64,000 nt of DNA from assembly GCA_965261085.1 (NCBI GenBank), contig OZ253442.1, positions 3,488,001-3,552,000 on the forward strand, given 5' to 3'. Positions 38,100 to 52,723 of this stretch are shown piece after piece. The translations under genes were made by a program, and so were the position numbers. The first letter of the stretch is position 1, and each line of letters starts with the position of its first letter. Below the pieces are notes generated by a model. The model made no database searches, was not told the origin of the DNA, and worked only from the letters and a program-made list of their open reading frames with translations. This DNA is from a bacterium. GTDB taxonomy: Bacteria; UBA8248.

Positions 38100-38969
38100 C
38101 TAACCGCCGAAGGAGCGCCAGAGAAGCAGAACGCCCACGAAGATGAAGACGAAGGAGAGAAACACCTTCATCTTCTCGCCGTCGACGCGGTTGTTGATGA
38201 AGGGAGATATCTGGCCGCCGCAGGCGACCGCGGGAATCGTCATGAACAAGATGTTCCAGTGCACGTTCACCTCGCCGGATGAGAACACGTAGGCATGCAC
38301 CAGGGTGGCGGGCAGCACCGTCGCGAAAACGATCAGAATCCCCGTGCCCACCGCCACGCGAACGGGCAGTTTGTCTTTCACGATCAAGGCGGTGGTCGTG
38401 AGTTCACCGATGCCGATGCCCGTAAAACCCACGAGAATTCCCCCTAAGGCCGACCAGCTGTAGCCGAAGGCTCCATGCTCGTAGCGATACCAGTACCTCC
38501 GCCCCGCCGCATCCATGCGGGTGGGTTTTCCGGCGCCTTGCGCCTGTTCCGCTTCCTGGATTCCTCCCTGGAAGTAAGCGAAGAGCATGGCGACGGAGAG
38601 AATCACCATCATCCCGCCCAGCAGGCCCAGAATGAGCCTGGCGGATACCGAATGGGCCAGAAAACCGAACGCCATCCCCACGGGTATCGACACGACGAGC
38701 ACCTTTTTGGCGATGTCGTAATCCACCAGCCTCCTTCTCATGTAGCCGGTGAGCGCGCTGCCGAAACCGAAAATCTCGATGGAAAGCGCCAGAAAAACGG
38801 CCTCCAGGGGGACGATGGTCACACCCGCCGCCCAGGGGAAGAGGAGGATGAATATCGGTGCGAAGAAAACCGCGCCCTCCACGCTCGTGCTCGTCGCCGT
38901 GAGGCACACGCAAAAGGCGACGGGCAGCATCCACCAGAACTCGAAAATGTACTCGATCACGATATCCAC
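38100..38969 (-). CDS. TauE/SafE (TSUP) family permease
   Basis: About 8 TM segments, GIGIGE, AVGT motif, two-repeat architecture. Confidence 0.8.
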   Translation of the reverse strand: MDIVIEYIFEFWWMLPVAFCVCLTATSTSVEGAVFFAPIFILLFPWAAGVTIVPLEAVFLALSIEIFGFGSALTGYMRRRLVDYDIAKKVLVVSIPVGMAFGFLAHSVSARLILGLLGGMMVILSVAMLFAYFQGGIQEAEQAQGAGKPTRMDAAGRRYWYRYEHGAFGYSWSALGGILVGFTGIGIGELTTTALIVKDKLPVRVAVGTGILIVFATVLPATLVHAYVFSSGEVNVHWNILFMTIPAVACGGQISPFINNRVDGEKMKVFLSFVFIFVGVLLLWRSFGG

Positions 38970-39064
38970 TCTTTCTCTATGCCGGATGGATGCGTCCCGC
39001 TTTGGGGATGAAAACCAAAACCGACTTGTTTTGCTTTGGAACGGGGAGGCGGTATGGAGCGTCC

Positions 39065-39946
39065 TCAAGGGCCGACGCTTCCCCGGCGAATGGCCTCACC
39101 CATGCGCACCGCTTCGACAGCCGTCTCCACGTCGTGGGTTCGAATCATATCCGCCCCGCCGATCACGGCGAAGGCTTCGGCGACTTTCGAGCCGATCAAT
39201 CTCTCCCCCGCCGCCTCGACGCCCGTGATCGCCCCGATGAAACCCTTCTTCGAAACGCCGACGACCAGGGGATAGCCCAAATCCCTCAGCACGCCCATTC
39301 GCCTCAATATCTCGAGGTTATGATTCCACGATTTTCCAAATCCGATGCCCGGGTCGATGAGGACGGACGCGACCCCGTCCCGCTCGGCCTGGCGCGCACT
39401 TTCGCGGAGGTAGCCCGACAACTCGCCCATGAGGTCCTCGTATTCGGGATCTTCCTGCATCGTGCGCGGCTCGCCCTTCATGTGCATGGCGATGGCCGCG
39501 GCACCAGAATCTGCAATCACCGCGCGCATCCCGGGATCACGCAGGCCTGTGACGTCGTTTATCATGTGAACGCCCGCATCGAGCGCCGCCCGCGCCACGC
39601 CTGCCTTGGACGTATCGACCGAGACGAGGGGACCATTGTCCTTGTTCATTCGCTCTAAAATCGGGATGATCCGCCGGATTTCATCCGCCTCATCCACCCC
39701 CTGCGATCCGGGCCGGGTGCTCTCGCCTCCGACGTCGATGACGTCGGCTCCTTCTTCCGTCATCCGCGCGATCTGATCGAGCGCCATCCCGAGGTCCAGG
39801 AATTCCCCGCCATCGGAAAAACTGTCCGGCGTGGCGTTCAAGACGCCCATAATCCGTACACGATCGAAATCAAGTTCACGCCCGCGACACTTCACGGCGG
39901 GCGCAGGAACCCACTTCGCAGGTGCGAAGCGCAGGCCCTCCCTCAC
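39065..39946 (-). CDS. folP: Dihydropteroate synthase
   Basis: MGVLNATPDSFSDGG, GGESTRPG, DPGIGFGK, RTHDV. Confidence 0.96.
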   Translation of the reverse strand: MREGLRFAPAKWVPAPAVKCRGRELDFDRVRIMGVLNATPDSFSDGGEFLDLGMALDQIARMTEEGADVIDVGGESTRPGSQGVDEADEIRRIIPILERMNKDNGPLVSVDTSKAGVARAALDAGVHMINDVTGLRDPGMRAVIADSGAAAIAMHMKGEPRTMQEDPEYEDLMGELSGYLRESARQAERDGVASVLIDPGIGFGKSWNHNLEILRRMGVLRDLGYPLVVGVSKKGFIGAITGVEAAGERLIGSKVAEAFAVIGGADMIRTHDVETAVEAVRMGEAIRRGSVGP

Positions 39947-41376
39947 AGGCGCGCCTCTGGGGGAAACGCGCTGCCGCTCTCCACGATCCGCTCCTCGCTC
40001 ACCCAGCGGCGCCTGAGTTCTCCGGCGAGGAACATCGACCCCGTGATGATGATGAGATCGTTCTCCCCCGCCTCCTCGAGCGCCTCATCGAGCGCCCCCC
40101 ATGCGTCGATGCGCGTCTTTACGCCTCCGGCCCCCGCCTCTTCGAGCGCGTGCGCGAAAACGTCCGGCGCCAAGCCGGGCCTGGGCGCACTGGCCGGAGG
40201 AAGCGTGACGAAAAACCTATCGCCCACGGGTGCGAACACCTCCGCCATTCCGGCGAAATCCTTGTCGTTCACCGCCCCGAGAACGAAGATAAGGCGCTCG
40301 AACGCCCAGCCCGAGACGCCATCCACCAGCGCTTGCGCCTTATCGCGGTTGTGCGCGCCATCGAGCAGGATTCGCGGACCGGACTGCACCAGTTCCATCC
40401 GGCACGGCAGGCGCGCCGAGGCCACGCCCCACCGCACCTCACGATCATCCAGCCCCAAGAGTCGGCCTGCTCCGGCGGCGAGGCTCGCGTTTTGGGCCTG
40501 ATGGGCGCCGGGCATGGGGGTCGAGAAACCCTCCCACCGGACGCCGTCATCGAACCCCAGATCGAAAAAAGCGCCATCAGACGCCAAGTCCAGATTTTCT
40601 ACGCGGGGCGGAGAATACAAAACGGCTTTGCGCTCAAAGGCGACGCGCTCGATTTCGGCGCGCGCATCGGGCGAAACGATTTGCGAGATGACGCGGCCCT
40701 TCTCCGTGATGATGCCCGCTTTGTCGCGCGCAATCTGCGCGATGGAATCGCCGAGCAAATCGGTGTGATCCAAGCCAATCGAGGTGATCACGTCCAGGAC
40801 GGCGGGACCCACGGCGTTCGTGGCGTCGAACGCGCCGCCCAGCCCCGCTTCCAGAACGAGATATTCACACTCTTCCTCCCTGGCAATTAAAAGCAAAAGC
40901 GCGAGAGTGGACTCGAAAAACGAGGGCGGCCCGAACTCGGGTTCTCCCGCCATCTGCGCGGCGGCGTCGGCGAGTTCTTTCGCACTTCGCCCGATGAGGC
41001 CGGCCTCGGCGAAGCGGCCCCGAACCCAGAAACGTTCGAGGATCGAGGTGAGGTGGGGTGAGAAAAAAGCCGCCGTTCTCTTGCCCGACGCCAGGAGGGA
41101 GTGCGCTATCATCAGCGCGGTGGAGCCTTTGCCGCTCGTTCCCACGACGTGAACCACCGACTGGCCCGCTCCGGGAACTTTCAGGATTTCAAACAATCGT
41201 GCGGCTCGGGTGAGACCCGGCCCCTCCACCTTGATGCCGCGAGGATCAAAACGCGTGCGCCAGGATTTCTTGGGCAGCGCGGCCAGGGCGCTTAGAAAAA
41301 CCTCGACCCGCCGCAACGTCTCGGACGGCGCGAGCGAATCTTCCAGAACGGGAGGGGCTATGAATTCTTGGGACAT
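39943..41376 (-). CDS. folC: Folylpolyglutamate synthase / dihydrofolate synthase
   Basis: HVVGTSGKGST, SPHL, EAGLGGAFDATN, GLDHT, LDGAHN. Confidence 0.9.
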   Translation of the reverse strand: MSQEFIAPPVLEDSLAPSETLRRVEVFLSALAALPKKSWRTRFDPRGIKVEGPGLTRAARLFEILKVPGAGQSVVHVVGTSGKGSTALMIAHSLLASGKRTAAFFSPHLTSILERFWVRGRFAEAGLIGRSAKELADAAAQMAGEPEFGPPSFFESTLALLLLIAREEECEYLVLEAGLGGAFDATNAVGPAVLDVITSIGLDHTDLLGDSIAQIARDKAGIITEKGRVISQIVSPDARAEIERVAFERKAVLYSPPRVENLDLASDGAFFDLGFDDGVRWEGFSTPMPGAHQAQNASLAAGAGRLLGLDDREVRWGVASARLPCRMELVQSGPRILLDGAHNRDKAQALVDGVSGWAFERLIFVLGAVNDKDFAGMAEVFAPVGDRFFVTLPPASAPRPGLAPDVFAHALEEAGAGGVKTRIDAWGALDEALEEAGENDLIIITGSMFLAGELRRRWVSEERIVESGSAFPPEARL

Positions 41377-41377
41377 C

Positions 41378-42919
<1,542 letters not shown>

Positions 42920-42922
42920 GGC

Positions 42923-44173
42923 CTATGTTTCCTCCCGGCGCACTTCATATCCTTCCCGGAGCAGAATCTGTATCAGACGCTCGAGATGCTCCCGCCCGCG
43001 CACCTCTATGTGGAGGGTCGAGAGGGTATGGTTGATGGGCACTCCCGTCGAAAGCCTGTCGTGTTCGATGTGGATGATGTTCACCCGGCAATCGGCCACG
43101 ATTGCAGAAAGACGCATCAGCGCGCCGGGCGCATCGTGCAGCGGCACCTGTATCCGCGCGTAGCGGTTCGCGAGGGCGAGCCCCTTGCCGATGATGCGCG
43201 AGAGCAGGTTGACGTCGAGATTCCCGCCGCTGATCAGGGCGACCACCTTGCCGCTCACCCTGGTTTTCCTTTCGATGAGCGCCGCCAGGGAGGAGGCGCC
43301 CGCCGCCTCGCTCAGCATCCGTTCGCGCTCGAGGAGTCCCAGAATGGCGTTGGCCATCGCATCGTCGGAAACCGAGACCACCTGATCCACCAGGTCCTGA
43401 ATCAAGGGAAAACAAAGCTCTCCGTTTCTCTTGACGGCGATGCCGTCCGCAATCGTCTGAACCGTTTTCGACTCGACGATTCTCCCAGCATCGAGCGAGC
43501 GCATGAGCGCCGCGGCGCCCTGCGCCACCACGCCGATGATGCGCACATCGGGTTTTCGGGTTTTCACCACCGCGGCGAGGCCCGAGATGAGGCCGCCTCC
43601 TCCGACGGGGACGAGGATGGTCCCCACGTCGGGCACATCTTCGAGTATCTCGAGCCCCAGCGTACCCTGGCCCGCGATGACGTCGGGGTGATCGAAAGGC
43701 GGTATCATCGTCAGGCCGCGTTCTTCCTCGTATGCGCGCGCGCGCGCATAGGCGTCATCGAAGGATGCGCCGAACAGTTCGGTTTCAGCGCCCAGGGCCC
43801 GCACGGCGTCGAGCTTGGTGTTCGGCGTGGCTTCGGGCATCACCACCAGGGCCTTGACGCCCAGTTTTTTCGCCGCGAAGGCCACGCCCTGGGCGTGGTT
43901 CCCAGCGCTCGCGGTGACGACGCCCCACTGGAGTTGCGCGGGTTCGAGTTTTTGGAGCGCATACAGGGCGCCTCGCACCTTGAACGAGCCCGTCCGCTGA
44001 AAATTCTCCGGCTTGAGATATATCTCGACACCCAATTGTTCGGAGAAATGCTCGGTGAGACGGGCGGGAGTCGGCCTCAGATGAGAGGATATCGCCTCCG
44101 CCGCCCGAGCCGCCTCGGCGGCGATGAGCGATGGCTCCAGTGTTTTTTGTGATACTTCGGATTTCATTCGCAC
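42923..44173 (-). CDS. ilvA: Threonine ammonia-lyase with C-terminal ACT domain
   Basis: ENFQRTGSFKVRGA, SAGNHAQG, VGGGGL, SGGN. Confidence 0.9.
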   Translation of the reverse strand: MRMKSEVSQKTLEPSLIAAEAARAAEAISSHLRPTPARLTEHFSEQLGVEIYLKPENFQRTGSFKVRGALYALQKLEPAQLQWGVVTASAGNHAQGVAFAAKKLGVKALVVMPEATPNTKLDAVRALGAETELFGASFDDAYARARAYEEERGLTMIPPFDHPDVIAGQGTLGLEILEDVPDVGTILVPVGGGGLISGLAAVVKTRKPDVRIIGVVAQGAAALMRSLDAGRIVESKTVQTIADGIAVKRNGELCFPLIQDLVDQVVSVSDDAMANAILGLLERERMLSEAAGASSLAALIERKTRVSGKVVALISGGNLDVNLLSRIIGKGLALANRYARIQVPLHDAPGALMRLSAIVADCRVNIIHIEHDRLSTGVPINHTLSTLHIEVRGREHLERLIQILLREGYEVRREET

Positions 44174-44323
44174 CTGTCTTCTTTGTCCAGTTCGAGGGGG
44201 ATAAGCGCCCCTTCCTACCCCGAAGCTCGCCCTCTTCGTTCAGCCAACCCCTCAGCGACGCATCGGGAGACCCGAGGCGGGCGTTTTCGCGGCCTGCGGA
44301 GCGCACCCTTGATCTCATATCGA

Positions 44324-44686
<363 letters not shown>

Positions 44687-44763
44687 TAGATATTTTCATA
44701 CTCTCGCGCCATTGCCTGCACAACCGGCGGCCGGCAAACGGCGCGGTGCGCGACTAAGCCTCC

Positions 44764-45177
44764 TCAACCCATCCCGCTGTCGATGGCGCGATTTGCGGCG
44801 GCGTCGGCCGCCGTATTTTCTTCGCGACGCACGTGGCGCACTTCAATGGAGCCGAATTCCCTGGCCGCCTCCTTCGCCCGCTCATACAAGGGCTTGAGGG
44901 CCTTGTTCCTGACCCGATACTGACCGCTCCACTGGCGAGCCATGAGTTCGGAATCCGTCACGACTTCCACGCTCTCGGCGCCGAGCTTCACCGCGCGCTC
45001 CAGACCCAGCAAAAACGCCTGGTATTCCGCGACGTTGTTCGTCGCCGTGCCCAGATACCTGGTTTCCTGCGCCACGCAATTGCCCGCATCGTCATACAAC
45101 AAGGCGGCGGCGCCCGCAGGACCCGGATTCCCCCGCGCGGCGCCATCGGTGTGGATCCGCAGGTGGCCCGCCCTCAT
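44764..45177 (-). CDS. rnhA: Ribonuclease HI family protein
   Basis: TDGAARGNPGPAG, TNNVAEY, DSEL, HVRREENTAAD. Confidence 0.9.
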   Translation of the reverse strand: MRAGHLRIHTDGAARGNPGPAGAAALLYDDAGNCVAQETRYLGTATNNVAEYQAFLLGLERAVKLGAESVEVVTDSELMARQWSGQYRVRNKALKPLYERAKEAAREFGSIEVRHVRREENTAADAAANRAIDSGMG

Positions 45178-45923
45178 TCGGGGTCCACCGCCGGCAGGCT
45201 CAACTCCACGGTCTCACCCTCCTGATAATAGAGGATGCGTTTGCAATTCGAGCACGTGTAAATCCTGTCCTCAGAATCCCTGATCTCCAAAAAGCGCTTG
45301 ATGGTCTCCGCCGTGCGGCAGCCCTGGCAGGTACGATTGACGACGGCGCAAACGGCCAGCCCTTTCCGGGCTTTTCTCAATCCCTCGTAGCGCTTCATCC
45401 ACTCCTCGCTCACGCCGCTTGCGAGGGCTTTCGACTGATCGAGAAGCTCGTTTAATTCACGATCGAAATCCGCCCGATTGTTTTCATACTTCTTCACTTC
45501 GCCCTGCACCCTGCCCCGGGCCGTCTCCAAATCACCGCGCGCACCCACGAGCTTCTCCTCGTGGGCCGGCATGCCCTCCATGATCTCGAGAACGGTATCC
45601 TCAAGAGCGCTGATTCGGTTCTGGTATCCTTCTATCTCTGCGCCCAAGGCGCGGTATTCCTCGTTCGTCTTGACGAACGTCTGCTTGCCGCGCGTGTCTC
45701 TGAGCTTCTGATCGAAGGATTGAATTTCGCCCTCCGCTTCGCGCAACTTCTTCCTGGCGGCCTCCACTTCCTGCTCGAGTTCCGCTACGGACGATTCGAA
45801 GCCCGTCAAATACCGCTTTTCCTTTTTGATGGAGGCGGGAATCTTGGAAATCGCATCGCGGCATTGATCTATTTTGACATCTATCGCCTGAAGCTCCATC
45901 AAGGCCGACAATTCCGGGTACAC
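45174..45923 (-). CDS. C4-type zinc-ribbon coiled-coil protein (DUF164/CdsZ-like)
   Basis: Long coiled coil with C-terminal CQGC...CSNCKRILY. Confidence 0.88.
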   Translation of the reverse strand: MYPELSALMELQAIDVKIDQCRDAISKIPASIKKEKRYLTGFESSVAELEQEVEAARKKLREAEGEIQSFDQKLRDTRGKQTFVKTNEEYRALGAEIEGYQNRISALEDTVLEIMEGMPAHEEKLVGARGDLETARGRVQGEVKKYENNRADFDRELNELLDQSKALASGVSEEWMKRYEGLRKARKGLAVCAVVNRTCQGCRTAETIKRFLEIRDSEDRIYTCSNCKRILYYQEGETVELSLPAVDPE

Positions 45924-45968
45924 TACGTCATACTCCTCGCATCGTTTGATATTCAAGCAGAAATCACG

Positions 45969-46043
45969 TGGTGGGCCCACCTGGATTCGAACCAAGGACC
46001 AGCCGGTTATGAGCCGGCGGCTCTACCGCTGAGCTATGGGCCC
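45969..46043 (-). tRNA. tRNA with CAT anticodon, most likely tRNA-Ile2 (lysidine) rather than Met
   Basis: GGGCCCATAGCTCAGCGGTAGAGCCGCCGGCTCATAACCGGCTGGTCCTTGGTTCGAATCCAGGTGGGCCCACCA. G1-C72 pair (not initiator), CTCATAA loop, position after rpoD. Confidence 0.92.
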
Positions 46044-46124
46044 GATAGCAACGCGACCGTTGAGAGGGGCGCAGCGGGAGACCAATTTATCCTCCGCCTC
46101 GGGCGCCGCCCATTCGACCGTGCA

Positions 46125-46153
46125 TATATGGCCCCGCGCGCTTTCAATGTCAA
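46125..46153 (-). promoter_or_regulatory. Sigma70-type promoter upstream of the tRNA(CAT)
   Basis: TTGACA-17 bp-CATATA. Confidence 0.55.
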
Positions 46154-46171
46154 TCACGCGGGGTTTTCGAC

Positions 46172-47953
<1,782 letters not shown>

Positions 47954-48030
47954 TGTCACTCTCCTCTTCATCTGGCCAGGCAGCCCGGCCACTGCGAATC
48001 CATGAAAATACAAATATCCCCAAAAACGCT

Positions 48031-49923
48031 TCAGCGCGGAGAGGCCGCTCGCTGCCGCTCGCGTAGAAGCGCGTTTTTCCGCTCCAGGAGTTTCCACATG
48101 TTTGGGGAATCTTCCCCTTCTTCCTTGCGCGTCTGCTCGATGCGCTTCAGCAAATCCTCTTCCATCTTTCGCCTGCGGCGGTCCTTGAGTCTATCAATGC
48201 AATCGAAAAGCTCCGCTTCGACTTCTTCAGGCTCTGGCTCCACCTCCACGACGGCCAGTTCCACGACCAGCGCGCGCGCTCCCGGACTCTCCAGTCTGTC
48301 CGCAATGGAAGCCGCAGTGGGCGAAGCCGCATCCCCAGATTTCAGGAGGGAGAGGACCTCGTTCACCGCCGGGTCGGTCATCAGGCCATCGGGCACCTCG
48401 GACGCCAGCTCCGGCCTCATGAGCAAAAGCTGCAAGGCGTCCATCTCGAATTTTGGACGCTCGAGGTTCTCCCCGAGCAGGTCTATTTTTTCTTCCTCTC
48501 TTCTGGGCGATCGTTCCCGGGCGTTTTCCGCCAGCATTCGCCTCACCATGGCCGTCAGCGTGGGATAGGGAATCCCCAGCTGATCCTCCAACAAAGCCAA
48601 ATATTGGTCCTGAACACTGCGATGACAAGCCCCGAGTATGGGCAAAAGCCTCTGGATGGCCTCGATTTTCTCGGCCTGACTCGCGCCCACGGCGATTCCG
48701 GCCATCGCGGTCTTGACGGTGTTCTCCAGTATGCCCTCGGCGTCGGCGAGGAGCCGGGTGAAGTCATCCGTTCCGTTTTCCCCTAAAAACGTGTCGATAT
48801 CCCGCCCTTCGGGCAGGTTCACCACCTTGAGGCGCACGGCGCCCGCCCCGTCGCGGTCGATGAAATCCTTACGCAGGACATCGCCCGCCACGAGTTGATC
48901 GGGCGCACCCGCAAGGCCGAGCATCCGCCCCGCCATGGCGCCCGCGCGCTCAGAGGCCGCGAGACCCGCGGCATCGGGGTCGAAGACGAATACGAGTTCC
49001 TCGGCATGCGCCCTGAGGCTCCTGATGTGTTCGGAGGTCAGCGCGGTGCCGAGCGGCGCCACGGCCTCCCGGAAACCATGCCGCCAAAGCGAGATGACGT
49101 CGAAATACCCCTCCGTCACCAGGACGCGCTTTTTCTCGCGAATCGACTCCCTGCCCTCATAAAACCCATACAGGGTCCTGCCCTTCTTGAAGAGCGCCAT
49201 ATCCGGAGAATTCACGTATTTCGCGGTGGCGTGGCGCGAATCGCTGTCGGGCAGCGAACGCCCGCCGAAGCCCACTATCTCGCCTTCGTGGTTGCGGATG
49301 GGGAACATGATGCGGTCTCTGAAGCGATCATAATATCCGCTCCCTTCCTCGCGCCGCACCGCGAGGCCCGCCTCCGCGAGGTCATCGGGAGATACCCCCC
49401 TTGTTCCCGCCGCCTTGATGAGAGAATCCCAGCGAGGCGGCACGAAGCCGATCCGAAACCTCTCTATCGCCTCGGGTGTGACGCCACGCTCGTCCAGATA
49501 CCGGCGGCCCCTCTCGCCCGGATTGCTCTCGAGCGCCGCCCTGAAGAAATCGGCCGCCATGCGGTTGATGGACAATATCTTCTGGCGAGCGTCCGGTTTT
49601 TGGGGGTTTCGCCCCGAGGATTCCTCATAGCGGGAGAGGTCTATGCCCTGGCGCTTCGCCAGACGCGAGAGCGCTTCCGGAAAACTCATCCCCTCGTGCT
49701 GTATCAGGAACTGAAAGACGTTCCCCCCCGCACCGCACCCGAAGCATTTGTAGATGCCCATGCGCGGGTTCACGTTGAACGAAGGCGTTTTCTCGTCATG
49801 GAATGGACAAAGCCCCTTGTAATTCGTCCCCGCTTTCTTGAGGCTCACGAACTCGCCGACGACGTCTTCTATCGGAGCGCCGTCTCTTATCTGATCGACC
49901 ACATCGTCAGGTACTCGTCCCAT
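48031..49923 (-). CDS. dnaG: DNA primase
   Basis: [44 protein letters not shown]. Confidence 0.97.
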   Translation of the reverse strand: MGRVPDDVVDQIRDGAPIEDVVGEFVSLKKAGTNYKGLCPFHDEKTPSFNVNPRMGIYKCFGCGAGGNVFQFLIQHEGMSFPEALSRLAKRQGIDLSRYEESSGRNPQKPDARQKILSINRMAADFFRAALESNPGERGRRYLDERGVTPEAIERFRIGFVPPRWDSLIKAAGTRGVSPDDLAEAGLAVRREEGSGYYDRFRDRIMFPIRNHEGEIVGFGGRSLPDSDSRHATAKYVNSPDMALFKKGRTLYGFYEGRESIREKKRVLVTEGYFDVISLWRHGFREAVAPLGTALTSEHIRSLRAHAEELVFVFDPDAAGLAASERAGAMAGRMLGLAGAPDQLVAGDVLRKDFIDRDGAGAVRLKVVNLPEGRDIDTFLGENGTDDFTRLLADAEGILENTVKTAMAGIAVGASQAEKIEAIQRLLPILGACHRSVQDQYLALLEDQLGIPYPTLTAMVRRMLAENARERSPRREEEKIDLLGENLERPKFEMDALQLLLMRPELASEVPDGLMTDPAVNEVLSLLKSGDAASPTAASIADRLESPGARALVVELAVVEVEPEPEEVEAELFDCIDRLKDRRRRKMEEDLLKRIEQTRKEEGEDSPNMWKLLERKNALLRERQRAASPR

Positions 49924-49953
49924 TCCACCATCCTCATCCCGAAAAGCAAAGCA

Positions 49954-52311
49954 TCAGCGCAGAGCCAACTCCACGTTCGTAACACCCCAGCCGCCTTCCT
50001 CCGGCCGGGCGGGGCCGAACTTCGACACGAGCGCATGCTCCTGCAGGCGCTCGGCGATGATCTTGGAAAGAACCCCCTCGCCCTTGCCGTGGACGATGCG
50101 AACCGACGCTATTCCCACGAGCGCGGCGTCATCGAGATATTTCTCCACCATCTCAAGGGCGCGCTCGGCGCGCACGCCGCGCAGTTGAAGCTCGGGCGAA
50201 AAACCATTCCCCCTCGATTCGACGTCGTGCGTCACCGTGCTCTTATGGTGGGGTGCGCTCGAAACATCGTCCAGAACTTCCACCGCCCTGCAAGCCAGGC
50301 GCAGGGATTTTCCGTTCACCGACACGGTCAACTCATCCTCTCCGTGCAGGGCGGACACCTCGCCCGCGCAATTCATGAGCGGGATGCGGACCCTGTCTCC
50401 CACGCGAAGCGAAACCGGGGCGCGCATCGCCACCGCCTCCTCCCTCGGGGGAAGCGCTTCCTCGATTTTCACGCTCATCTCACGGATGCGCTCGCGCGCG
50501 ATTCGCTTGGCTTCCTCCATTTCGAGCGCCCCGCGCATCTCATTCAGGAGATCATCGGCCTCGCGCCTCAAGTCTTTAAGGAATTGCGCCGCCTCATCGC
50601 TTTTTTCGAGCGCCTCCTCGCGTATCCGGCGCTCGAGTTCGGTCTCGCGCGCCTCAATCCGCGTCTGGCGGGTTGAGAGGTCGGCCTCTTTTTCTTCTAT
50701 CTCGCGCTGCTGATCGGAGAGGTTCGCCATCAGACGATCCACCTGAACGGGGCCTTTCATCAGCAGCGTATCCGCGCGAGCCAGCACGGATTCGGGCAAA
50801 CCCATCTTCTCGGCCACCGACATGGCGTTGCTCGGTCCCGCCGCCCCCATGCGGATCCGGTAGGTGGGCGAAAGATCCTCGGCGTCGAACTCCACCGATG
50901 CGTTCTCGGCGTGCGCAGCCTGATAGGCGTAATGCTTGAGGGCGTCGTGGTGCGTCGTCACGATGCAAAGCGCGCCGCGCGCCGCCAGATGTTCAAGCAC
51001 GGAGACGCCGATGGCGGAACCCTCCGCCGGGTCGGTGCCGGAGCCCAACTCGTCCAGGAGCACCAGCATGCCTTCTTCCGCCTCGCGCACCGCGCCCGAG
51101 ACCCGCGCCATGTGGCCCGAGAAGGTGCTCAGGTTTTGCTGAATATCCTGCTCATCACCGATGTCGGCGACGAGCGTCTTGACGATGGGCAGTTTGCTCT
51201 CGGGCGCAGCCGGTATGGGTACGCCGCACTGGTGGAGCGCCACGCAAAGGCCCACCGTCTTGAGCGCCACGGTCTTACCGCCCGTGTTGGGTCCCGTGAT
51301 GAGGAGCTGGCGCACCCCGTTTCTTCCCACGTCGAGGTCGATGGGCACCACCTGCTCTTTCGGCACCGCGCCGATACCAGCCGTGAGGAGGGGATGACGC
51401 GCGGCTCTCAACCGGATACTCCCGTCCGCGCTCGCCTGAGCGCGCGCACCGCGCCAATCGACCCCCAGGCGCGCTTTCGCCCAAATGAGGTCGAGCGCCG
51501 CCAAGCACTTCACCAGATAGTCTATAGACTCGCGCGCCGCCATCACCTCCGCGGTCAGTTCGCGCAGGATTCTCTCCACCTCCGCGCGCTCGGCCTCACG
51601 CTCCTCGGCGATGGCGTTGTTGACGGGCACCGCCGAAAGAGGTTCGACGAACAACGTCTCCCCGCTCGCAGAACGATCCTGTATCACGCCCTCGAACGAG
51701 CGCCTGAAAACCGTTTTCGCGGGAATCAGATACCGCTCGCGACGCTGAACGATTAAATTTTCCTGAATCGCATTCGGGTGCGCGGCCATCACCCTATCGA
51801 GCAGACGGCGTATCTCGGCCCTGAGCGCGCGCTGCTTCGCTCTCGATTCCTGGAGCTCGATGCTCGCATCATCGCGCACCTCGCCGCGTTCATCGAGAAT
51901 ACGCCGTATTCGCGCGGCCAGAGGATATTGCATATCCGCGCCGTGGATGCGCATCCTGAGCCTGGGCAGCCTCTCGGCGCGCTCCTCCACGAAACGGCGT
52001 ACGCCGGAGGCGAGGTTCAGCAAGGAGAGAATCGAGAGGAATTTCTCACCCTCAAGGTTCCCTCCCCGGCGTCTGACGTCCTCGAGCCATTCTTCGGGAT
52101 CATCGAACGCGGAAAGCGGCATGTACTCCCCGGCGCCGATGAGCGTCGTGGCTTCATCCGTCTCATCGAGTAGGGTATCGACCTTGAAAGACGAGATGGC
52201 CGGAAGGAGCGCTGCGGCTGCATCCGCGCCGGATGCGGAGGCGCAACGAGCCTCCAGCAGCTCCAGAACATTAGCGAATTCAATGCCTTGCAGTGTGCGG
52301 CTATCCATCAA
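49954..52311 (-). CDS. mutS2: MutS2 family protein with C-terminal Smr domain
   Basis: ITGPNTGGKT, DIGDEQ, LSTFSGH, DELGSGTDP, IVHGKGEG. Confidence 0.95.
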   Translation of the reverse strand: MMDSRTLQGIEFANVLELLEARCASASGADAAAALLPAISSFKVDTLLDETDEATTLIGAGEYMPLSAFDDPEEWLEDVRRRGGNLEGEKFLSILSLLNLASGVRRFVEERAERLPRLRMRIHGADMQYPLAARIRRILDERGEVRDDASIELQESRAKQRALRAEIRRLLDRVMAAHPNAIQENLIVQRRERYLIPAKTVFRRSFEGVIQDRSASGETLFVEPLSAVPVNNAIAEEREAERAEVERILRELTAEVMAARESIDYLVKCLAALDLIWAKARLGVDWRGARAQASADGSIRLRAARHPLLTAGIGAVPKEQVVPIDLDVGRNGVRQLLITGPNTGGKTVALKTVGLCVALHQCGVPIPAAPESKLPIVKTLVADIGDEQDIQQNLSTFSGHMARVSGAVREAEEGMLVLLDELGSGTDPAEGSAIGVSVLEHLAARGALCIVTTHHDALKHYAYQAAHAENASVEFDAEDLSPTYRIRMGAAGPSNAMSVAEKMGLPESVLARADTLLMKGPVQVDRLMANLSDQQREIEEKEADLSTRQTRIEARETELERRIREEALEKSDEAAQFLKDLRREADDLLNEMRGALEMEEAKRIARERIREMSVKIEEALPPREEAVAMRAPVSLRVGDRVRIPLMNCAGEVSALHGEDELTVSVNGKSLRLACRAVEVLDDVSSAPHHKSTVTHDVESRGNGFSPELQLRGVRAERALEMVEKYLDDAALVGIASVRIVHGKGEGVLSKIIAERLQEHALVSKFGPARPEEGGWGVTNVELALR

Positions 52312-52628
52312 CCATCACCCACGGATAATTATTCAACGATGAATCATGCGCTTCGTCCCGGCATCGGGACAGGGCGGCGTATTCTGAAAATCTCGATCGA
52401 AGATTAGGCGATTCTTTTCCAGCATCCCTCTCTGGAGTCACCGGGAATGCCAGTGGAGCGAAGTGGTGCTCGGAGTCCTTTTGCTGGTCGCTCTTCAAGA
52501 CGAGCCGAAGAACGTAACGTCCACGAAAAAATAAGGGGGACGACTCTTGCCATCCCGTATCTTTTTAAAATTCAACAGCTTTTAAACATCAAAGCCCAAA
52601 TTGCGCACTCTACCCATTGTCAGGAACC

Positions 52629-52657
52629 AATATAGGGCCCAAGTCTGAAATTGTCAA
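52629..52657 (-). promoter_or_regulatory. Sigma70 promoter upstream of mutS2-dnaG-rpoD
   Basis: TTGACA-17 bp-TATATT. Confidence 0.7.
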
Positions 52658-52723
52658 ACATAATGAAAATAATTAAAGTTCTGATTTGGGAGTCAAAATA
52701 ATGGGCTTCCGGCGAAACGTCCT

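Noticed and set aside
45969-46043. Initiator tRNA-fMet
   Set aside because: It has a G1-C72 pair and lacks the three consecutive G-C pairs (GGG/CCC) in the anticodon stem.
48895-50676. Long plus-strand ORF (593 aa) opposite dnaG/mutS2
   Set aside because: Antisense shadow ORF.
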